Shown here: piece after piece, positions 50,521-59,775 of the stretch
How positions within the stretch are numbered: position 1 is the first letter of the stretch
How the letters are laid out: every line of letters starts with the position of its first letter
NCBI RefSeq assembly: GCF_001194135.2
Contig: NC_068983.1
Span: forward strand, 121,598,266-121,658,040
Length of the DNA: 59,775 bases
Direction of reading: 5' to 3'
DNA from: Octopus bimaculoides
Taxonomy: Eukaryota
Made by a program: the position numbers and the translations under genes
The notes under the pieces: model-generated
What the model was told of the DNA's origin: nothing
Seen by the model: only the letters and a program-made list of their open reading frames with translations
Databases searched by the model: none

Positions 50521-52102
50521 GTATATATATCTGTGTGTGTGTGCATGTATGTAATGTATGATGTATGAATGTCTATACATACACACATAAACACACACAT
50601 ATACAGGGGAACCCAGTGTTTTACATTTAGATAGTGAAGCAGTAAGATGTCTTTCTATGTGTAATAGAGAAAAGTATTCAATACATAAGTAGAAAATGTG
50701 CATGTTATTTGGAACCACAGTTTCTGGAATCGAAACTGTTCGAAGTAGGAAAGCGGTGTATAATATATACGCAAAACTATTCGCTAATACATCGAGATAT
50801 GATTAGTCGTGAGTATACAGTTATGTTATTTGTCGCCGAAAAAGCATCACACATTCATCTGTTCAATTGGTATGCAGAAAACAGTAATATTTTCATCTAC
50901 TGACGTATAAAAACTTGATTTCAGTGACATTTGTATAAAACACACGACTGCAATGCAGGCGGCATGTTAATAAGGTTTTAATGCAAATGAATAAATGAAT
51001 GTCGGAATTGTACTTGTTTAGCAAATGACTTGGATATTTTATCTATATGACCATCTTTTAAGGATATAGCAAATCTATTACGTACAAAATAAGGTATTTT
51101 AGTAGTTGTCAATTTCTACATAGGATTTCTGTCTCCGAAAGATAGAAATTAAAACTTATAGAAGTTTTAATGTAGGAGGGAATGCTTATTCCATATGAGG
51201 CTAATCAATTTCATTATTGTTAGTATCATTAACCTTTAAACTCTAGATATATTTGTGTTGTGGCTTCTCCCTGACTGGCCTTTGTCCATCTCGCTACCCC
51301 GTATATATCAGGTAATCAGCCAGAAAGAGAGACACCGTACGTAACAGTGCATGTATTTCTTCCAAAGCTGGGTTACTTTCTCATCGTTCTTATCTCCTTT
51401 AAACTCTCTGTGACCGCAGAGAGTCAGAGATCAAGTTCCTACGCCCATAAACTACCGTGCTCGTTGACAGGACAAAGGAAATACCACTGACCTGAACAAC
51501 TAGAGCACCGTTTCGAACCCAGCTCGCGGAAGAGGGACATAATGTTTTTTTTTTGTTTTTTTTCGGCGGTTGTATCACTATGTATGAAGAAGTAAGATAT
51601 GGGAGTAGGAAAATGTCTAAAGTTGTTAAGAAAAAGAATAAGAATAAAGAAAAGGAGAGGGGAAAGAGCGGGGGAAAATTTTGGTAGAGTGAAGTTGACT
51701 AAGGGAAGGTCTTTGTAAATAAAAGCCTGAGATCGTTTACTATGTCAACTGTAAATAAATAAATATATTGATGCACCGGTGTATATACATTTAAACAGAA
51801 CCAGAGAAAATAAAAAGAAAGACTTTTAGAGGTAAAATTGCCAAGAGGAGAAGAGGAAGAGAAAATTTAGGAGTGGTAGAAAGATGAATGTGTTAGAAGG
51901 GAGGGAAGTGAGATATAAAGTTTCTGATCAATAGGGGAACATAATAGTTGTAGGTATTTGGTAGTTTATCATATAACAGTAAAACTATACATGCGCATAT
52001 CAGCGTGCATGCGCATATTTTCTCTGTGCGCCTGTAGTACTCTTCAGGTGTGCATGTGCGCGTGTGCACCTGCATATGCTCATGTACATTCCTTCAATTT
52101 GG

Positions 52103-52142
<40 letters not shown>

Positions 52143-52492
52143 AGATTTAAGGTGAAAAAGCACAGAAATCTTGTTTGTGTAGATAACGATTATTTAATCC
52201 ATTACAATATGTACGGAGCCGACCGGTTTCACTTCACTAATCATGACTCAATGTTATGAAATCATAATAAGTTTTTGATTTAATCTTGCGTAGAAGCAGG
52301 AATGATTCAGTTTTGCGGTTATACAGGAGAGTATAGCTCAGTGAGTATAATATTTTTTTTTAGCTAAAAGGATAATCAGTGGATAAATATTTCTTAGCTA
52401 AGGGGAGGTAAATCTTTTTTCCTTTTTTCTGATTGGCTTTTTATTTGTGAATTCAATTATATATTCATGTTAACCTCTCGTATACACTCACA

Positions 52493-52712
52493 GCACGGCG
52501 TAGTGGTTAGGGTATTGCAATCATGATCATAAGATTGTGGTTTCGATTACTGGACCCGGTGATGCGTTGTGTTCTTGAGCAAGACACTTAATTTCAAGTT
52601 GGTCTAGTTCACCCGGGTGGCATAATGAATAATCCTGTGACGGACCGGTGGGGTAGGGGGAGATATATACGCCACAGAATCCAGGAAACCGGCCTTATTA
52701 GCCTATGGTTCT
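52493..52712 (+). mobile_element. tRNA-derived CORE-SINE of a further family
   Basis: ggcgtagtggtt A box, ggtttcgattac B box, and CORE-like gcgttgtgttcttgagcaagacacttaa. Confidence 0.8.
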
Positions 52713-52749
52713 TGAAGGACCTTAGATCTTATACACACACACACACACG

Positions 52750-52786
<37 letters not shown>

Positions 52787-54030
52787 GCATGTGTGTGTGT
52801 GTGCATATATAAAGAGCTAAGCGTAACATAATACCATAAAGGAAAAATTCTACCGTCACTAATTATGACTGAGGGTGCCGAAGCATCTATAATGCGAAAA
52901 AATAAGAGTTGAGAGAGAAAACAGAGAGAGAATTGTGAAAATGATATATCGGTTGTGAAAATAAATATATTCAATGAAATTATCCGAATGTTGCTATTTT
53001 GGAAGAATATATTACTTGACGCAATGCAGTTGTTAGAATGTCTATATGTGTTGTCTACACAAGGTGGAGACTGCAGATTTATTAGCAAATGTATGACACA
53101 GACTGGTGACAGTTTAGGACACTATGTAACGGGGATGGAACAAAGTTGTTAGAACTATGTATAACAGAGTGTTGATGGTTAATGCAGAATGTAACAGACA
53201 CTAACAAGAGTTAATAAGGTGTGCAATAGAAACTTTTGGAAGTTGTGGGTTCAGTACAGCGAGAAACTGAAACTATCGAAGATTTAGTATTTTTCGGGTA
53301 ATCTGAAACTTTAGAAATCAATTTAGATAACATGGTTAATGATCACTTTGAATTTCTGCTGGTTAGTGTCTGTAGAGAAAAAATGTGGATAAATAATGCA
53401 AAGATGATGGAGGATACGATACATGAAATGTTTTTTTTTATGTCCGGGTAGCAACGCAGCTTTACTAAGCCAGAGAAGTAACGCCGTCGTTGCAATTGTG
53501 GAAGAGATACAGAAAGAATAAAACAGTGTACCTGTGAAGTAGTGTTTGTAGTATATGTTAAAGGAAGTCTAGTCCAGGAAGCTTATAGTCTGTGTATCGA
53601 AGTTTTGGCAACGTTTATATTTGGCACTTACAGTGAATGTTAATATGTTTAATAACTTTATATAGCTTGGTAAACATCACAAAGTTAAAAACTTATCATG
53701 ATTTAGTAAATTTTCAGCTGAACTCATATTACCACTTTATGAAGTACTTGAATGCCTTATACCATATTGTTCAAACACATGGTACAGTTCATTTCTAGCA
53801 GGTTGAGTGACTTGTTAACTCGTAAGTAGTTATCGCAAAGTATTGTTCACTGTACTGAATCTATGACCTTGTTACTTAACAGTCAACAGCTCAGTTCACT
53901 TCGCTGTATATAGCTACCACAGGAAGATATAGAGTCTCCATTGTAGCCATGGCCAAAACACTTAACTGCCAACAGCCTATTCTACGAAGTTGTAAGTTGG
54001 TAGTACAGTATGGCATAGTCCACAGTTTGA

Positions 54031-54184
54031 GTGTGTAATGTGGAAATAGGCATAGCTAAGTGGTTAAGAAGTTCACTTAGCAACTCTGAAATTCTTCGAT
54101 CCTTCTACGTGGCATATTGAACAACTGTCTCTTTCATAGCCTCTGTGTGGAAGTGGGTAGAGGGAAACTGTGTAGAAGCTCTTC
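54031..54184 (+). mobile_element. SINE-derived segment, arm 1 of an inverted pair; sits within 38-bp direct repeats
   Basis: Aligns with the reverse complement of 55750-55903. Direct repeats at 53986-54023 and 54287-54324. Confidence 0.75.
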
Positions 54185-55609
54185 AGATGGACTGTACTGG
54201 TATCTCAAAGCAACAGTCTCGTCGCACAATGACACAGGTCCAGTCTCATAACAGAGAAAATTAAGCTAATGGTACGTATGTCTGTAGAAGTTGTAAGTTG
54301 GTACTACAACATGGCATAGTCCACTCTACTGCGTCCACGAGTAAAACACAAATCACAACATTCTCTTCCGTTTAACTGTAGATAAGTTGATACTATAGCG
54401 TGGTTAAACTTTGGAGTATAGTGATTGCTTTGTAAAATTGATGAGTTAAGTTGCAGTTTTGAGTTCAGATCTTCACATAGACACATGCAATGAGAAAAGC
54501 ATTATAAAATGGTCTTCCTTGAATAAATAAATCACTTCCGCCACGCCACCAAGTAACCGGTACTTGTTGAAAATGTAAGCACACTCTCTCCTCAATCAAA
54601 CAAATGCAGATTGGGAAATATTTTGGGAGTCAACTGATTTCTTTTTTTGATATATTCAATGAAGTCGTTCAATAATATAAGTATGAGGTGAGCTAATAGA
54701 AGGTGAGCTAGTAGAGAACAGGATAATACGGCTTACAGAATTCAGTCACATTCTTTTATCTTTTACCCCACGTAATTACAGTGCAATATGTGTAATATAA
54801 ATACCAGCTATATACTGGAATTCATTCGATCCACTATTACCCAACAACAACAAAAATCTGCAATCTCGTGTGGTACAACATAGAGCAAATGGAAAACTCT
54901 TGGTGAAACGCTTCAAAGACGCAAATCAACAGTAGGACGAAGTTAACTTACTCTACTTAATCCATATAATGCGCCTGAAAAAAGTATGACCGTCACATTT
55001 CTATATTTCTCTTCCTTTATAAAAACAGAATCGAAGGTATTCGTACCTAGACTAATATAAACCAATATTTATTAATCCGAAAATTTTGAATATGATGTTT
55101 CTTCATGTTTATTAAGTAATTTTCATTTTATTCAATAATCAAATAGAATATACAGCAAATTTATCGTCTGCTTCAATGATAATAATGCCAACGATACGAT
55201 GGTATGTTTAGCAGTTTCTGATTACGTCCTTGGCAGTGTAATGAGCTAACGGCATTTATTAGAATTGCAGAGACCAATAAAATATTGGAAATAACTAATT
55301 TTTAAGTGATAGAAACATCTGAGGAATAAATGAATAGGAAAGATATTGATCGAAAATCCATGATGTAATTCATACCGAGAAGACTTGTTACTGAGGTGGA
55401 ATAAATTATTGAAGTCGAGTTATAAAATTCCAATTATTATCTAAAATATAACGCGTGTGGCTGTCTGTGCGTGTATGTATTTGTGAGTGTGTATGAGTGT
55501 ATGCGTGCGGAATGGTATGTGTGTGCTTAAATATATTTATATAAAGGATGGATTCTCTTGCTGATTACGACATATGAGCGACCAGTCATTCTATCAATTC
55601 AATGACCTG

Positions 55610-55715
55610 ATTATTGAAATTGCATGCGAAGTGGCCGAATATTCCACAGACACATGTACCATTAACGTAATTCTCTGTATGACCGAACTGAAGCTCTTTT
55701 GTCACAATGTGATGA
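55610..55715 (-). mobile_element. Fragment of the SINE family at 48265-48659
   Basis: gaaattgcatgcgaagtggccgaatattccacagacacatgtaccattaacgtaattctc matches 48346-48405. Confidence 0.7.
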
Positions 55716-55749
55716 GATCGGAGATTTGAAATATCCACACATTCTACCT

Positions 55750-55903
55750 GATGGGCTTCTACACAGTTTCTGTCTGCCTAATTCCACCCAGACACTATGA
55801 TAAAGACAGTTGTTCAATATGCCACGTAGTAGGATCGGAGAATTTCAGGGTTGCTAAGCTAACTTCTTAAAAATTAGATATGCCTAGATTTCACATCACA
55901 CAC
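55750..55903 (-). mobile_element. SINE-derived segment, arm 2 of the inverted pair
   Basis: Reverse complement matches 54031-54184, with 5 mismatches in a central 64 bp. Confidence 0.75.
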
Positions 55904-56730
55904 ACACACACATATGTAAAAGAACAGTTCTCTCCTACGTCACGTCATTGCGTGTGTGTATACATATACATGTGTGTGTATGTGTATGTAAGATCGGNNN
56001 NNNNNNNNNNNNNNNNNNNNNNNNNNNNNNNNNNNNNNNNNNNNNNNNNNNNNNNNNNNNNNNNNNNNNNNNNNNNNNNNNNNNNNNNNNNNNNNNNNNN
56101 NNNNNNNNNNNNNNNNNNNNNNNNNNNNNNNNNNNNNNNNNNNNNNNNNNNNNNNNNNNNNNNNNNNNNNNNNNNNNNNNNNNNNNNNNNNNNNNNNNNN
56201 NNNNNNNNNNNNNNNNNNNNNNNNNNNNNNNNNNNNNNNNNNNNNNNNNNNNNNNNNNNNNNNNNNNNNNNNNNNNNNNNNNNNNNNNNNNNNNNNNNNN
56301 NNNNNNNNNNNNNNNNNNNNNNNNNNNNNNNNNNNNNNNNNNNNNNNNNNNNNNNNNNNNNNNNNNNNNNNNNNNNNNNNNNNNNNNNNNNNNNNNNNNN
56401 NNNNNNNNNNNNNNNNNNNNNNNNNNNNNNNNNNNNNNNNNNNNNNNNNNNNNNNNNNNNNNNNNNNNNNNNNNNNNNNNNNNNNNNNNNNNNNNNNNNN
56501 NNNNNNNNNNNNNNNNNNNNNNNNNNNNNNNNNNNNNNNNNNNNNNNNNNNNNNNNNNNNNNNNNNNNNNNNNNNNNNNNNNNNNNNNNNNNNNNNNNNN
56601 NNNNNNNNNNNNNNNNNNNNNNNNNNNNNNNNNNNNNNNNNNNNNNNNNNNNNNNNNNNNNNNNNNNNNNNNNNNNNNNNNNNNNNNNNNNNNNNNNNNN
56701 NNNNNNNNNNNNNNNNNNNNNNNNNNNNNN

Positions 56731-59700
56731 TCCAGACGTTCCTCGAAATCTTCCATATCAACACCATGTAGATCTCTAAGGTTGCCTGGAAGGATGTTGA
56801 ACAATTGCGGGCCCTTGAAACCCAGACTATTGCAGTACTGTGTCCTTATTTTAAATGAGGAAGACGTGATCTTTTGTATGATGCAGTGCCGTCCAGTTCG
56901 AGGATTGGTATGGCTGTCAATTCCAAAATTGGGAGCTAAATCCCCTAAATTCTTCCTAATATATATCACCGCATATCTCTCTCGTCTTCTCTCCAAGGAA
57001 TAGAGACTCAGCTCCTTTAGCCTCTTCCAGTAGCCCATCCTTTGCATCGAGTCAATCTTCTTTGTGTATTGGCGCTGGATTGCTTCGAGTTCCACAGTTT
57101 GTTTCACACTCTCTGGGGACCATAATTGGGAACAGTAGTCCAAGCGGTTGAGAACGAAATCTTCCATAGGAGTAGCAGGGCCTCCCTTTTCCTGATTCTG
57201 AATCTCCTCAGAATCCCACTCGCTAGCACAGTGTTGCCATCATGTTAATATGCCCATGGAATATTGCATCATTGCTTATGTGAACCGCCAAGTCACGCAC
57301 CAACTCTGACTCTGGGATCGTATTACCTTCTGGTCCAGTGTATACCGATTTTAGCCTAGTGTTGGACCGATAGTGGAATGCCTGAAATTTCATGGCATTG
57401 AACTGCATGCTATTTATGTTAGCCCGTTTGTAGATTTTGTTCAGGTCTTTCTACAGTTTTATGATGTCCTCTGGGTTCCTAACTGCCTGCGATACCTTTG
57501 TGTCGTCAGAATAACTGGTCAAATTGGCTGACTGTACCGCGGAAGGCATGTCTGAGATGACCACCACAAATAGTAGTGGCCCCAGTACAGTTCCCTGCAG
57601 GCTCTGCTGAGAATTAGTGTCTCTTCAAAGTGAGCACCATTGGCTACAACTGTCTGACTCCTGCCCTTCAGAAAATCATGCAGCCACTCTCCCAGTTTCC
57701 CGGTAATACCAAGGTTTCGCAGCATGTGACATATCATGCCATGATCAACTTTGTCGAAGGCCTTGGCAAAGCTGAGGTATATCACGTCTACAGCTGACTA
57801 GTTTAACTGTTGCTTCAGTACCCAGTCAAAGTGCTGCAGCAACTGTGTGAGGCAGCTCCCCCCTGGATGGAAGCCATGTTACGTATTTGTGAGAAGGTTG
57901 TTTTCTTCTAGGAACGTGATCAGCCTTTTTCTGACAATAAAGATCTCGAATCGTTTTTGCTAACATGTGAGGTCAGAGAGAAGGACCTCTAGTCTTTAGC
58001 ATCTGCCCTGCTCCCTCCCTTATGCACAGGGCATATTATACTCCCTTTTAGCATGTTGGGAAGTTTACCACATGCAGGGAAACTCTGAAAGAGTATCTAC
58101 AGTGGCTTTGCAAGAGCCTTTTTACATGTCTTTAAGAGAATAGCTGGGAGTCTATCTGGGCCTATTGCTGAGTTTGATCTCATTTCACCAATGGCCTATA
58201 TTACATCCTCTTCAGTTATGTTGATGTAATCGATGGTTGCCTCTTTTCCGAATAGAATCGTTACATTGTAAAACTCCTTCGGCTTGTTTATTTGCATATT
58301 TTCTACTGGAGAAGTGAAAACACTTCGGAATTGTTTATTTAATGCTTCACTTATCTTCCCCGGGTCTTCAGTTAGTGAGCCGTTCTTACCAAATAGTGGC
58401 CCTATCTTATAGCGTACTGAGGCAGACCCCTTTGCCAACGTGTAGAAGGCTCTAAGATTTCTTTTTATATTTTCGATTGTCCAGGTTTCTCTTTCTTCTC
58501 TTTCTTTTTATTTTCTATCTCGTTTATTTTCTATCTCGAAGAGTTCCTCTATCAGGTGGGATTTCAAACTGTCATTAAGGTGTTTGCTTAAACGATTCGA
58601 GATCTTTATTCTCCGCCGCATGAGTATTCTCCTGTCTCTGGGAATGATGTTTTTGTGTGTATTGGCTCTCTTCTCTTGGACATATTTAGTTCATATGGCT
58701 CACATTATTGACATGAATTTATTGAGTTTCATATCTATGTCTTGCATAGAGAGGCTTTTAGGCCAGTCCTGCTGGAGTATCTGTTTTCCAAGTGACTTCC
58801 GGTCAGCTTTATAGAAATTTAGGCTGGATAAGGTTTGAGCGCTATCTGTGCAGAGTTTATCTTCATTTAATTCCGGTCCATACATTGTCAGGTCTATCAT
58901 GTTATGATCTGCTCCATGAATAGCATTTTCGTAAGATCAAGTAGAGATTCTGCTTGACTTCGCTCTTTGTGCGTCATTCCTGATGTTGGGGAAGTTGAAG
59001 TCACACATCAGGAATCTAGTAGTACGTTGATCCAATTGTGTTATTACTTCCTTTATTGCACTGAGGCTTTCCTCAAATTTTCCATCATGATTTGAGGCAT
59101 CAGGTGGGCGATATAGTGTGCATATCACAACGTAAAATTGTTTTAGATGTACTATGAGTGTGTCACACACCGAGTTCGATAACAGGGTTAATAGTGTGAC
59201 GTCTTCGCGGATGTACATTGTAACTCCACCGTGACTTCTTTTTCTTTTGTGTGTACGGAAGATAGCATACATTGGTATGTGTATCCCCGCGTCATTTATA
59301 TCTGCAGATAGATGTGTTTCTGTAAGTGCAATGCATATAGCTTGATTACATGCAGAAAGATTCTTCAGGGGCTCGATTTTGCATTTGTTGTTGTTCTGTA
59401 GTAGGCCTCTTATATTAATTAACAGAAATGGCGTTAGTCTGATGGGTGGTTTAGTGGCAGTGGTGTCCAACCGGGATCCATCAATTGTGGTGGTCTTGTG
59501 TGCGAGGGTGCATAGCTCAGCTTTGTCTGTAGCCATGACAACCGTTGCACTATTTTCTGTGCCGCACTTAAAAAATGTTGTTGCTCAACCGCTGCATCTT
59601 GTACTACATCTGCATATGACTTCTTTTCTGCAGGTTTGTGTCGGGATATAGATTTTTCCATGTGTGATTGTTTCATTCGTTGGATGAGTAGTGGATTTCG

Positions 59701-59760
59701 CTCCAGCGCCGGGTACACAAAGCGCAGTTTGTCCCACCCTCGCCATGCCACCATTAGTAG
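56731..59760 (-). mobile_element. CR1-type LINE, degraded: ORF1 C-terminus plus most of ORF2 (APE endonuclease and reverse transcriptase)
   Basis: APE motifs NIRGL, ALTETHL, GGVTMYI, LYRPP, DFNFP. RT motifs YLSFAKAFDKVDH, GTVLGP, YSDDTK. C-terminal LDYCSQLWSP..LEAIQR..YWKRLKELSLYSLERRRERY. Frameshifts and stops are present, and the 3' end is lost in a gap. Confidence 0.93.
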
Positions 59761-59775
59761 TATGTATCTATATAT

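Overview
Repeat-rich, AT-rich eukaryotic (animal) genomic DNA from a gapped short-read assembly, with many N runs bounded by microsatellites. The SINE families, microsatellite load and gap style look like a coleoid cephalopod, probably Octopus; this is my inference, not a database result. I cannot support any intact host protein-coding gene. The long ORF-track entries are translations of simple repeats or N gaps. The window holds a ~4.9 kb CpG-rich TTCG/TACG tetramer satellite and many tRNA-derived SINEs. It also holds a mariner relic with both TIRs, a maT-like Tc1/mariner fragment, RTE, R4/Dong and CR1-type LINE remnants (one nearly full-length CR1-like copy at 56.7-59.8 kb), three Neptune-type Penelope-like element (PLE) remnants and several foldback elements. 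The most notable signal is a set of PLE-type type-I hammerhead ribozyme motifs. At 46945-47260 two hammerheads sit head-to-head in a 126-bp inverted repeat: one has an intact core (minus strand), one is mutated (plus strand). The arm mismatches are strongly biased to G.U pairs on the minus strand. A few tiny candidate exons hint that the window may lie inside a large gene, but this is weak.
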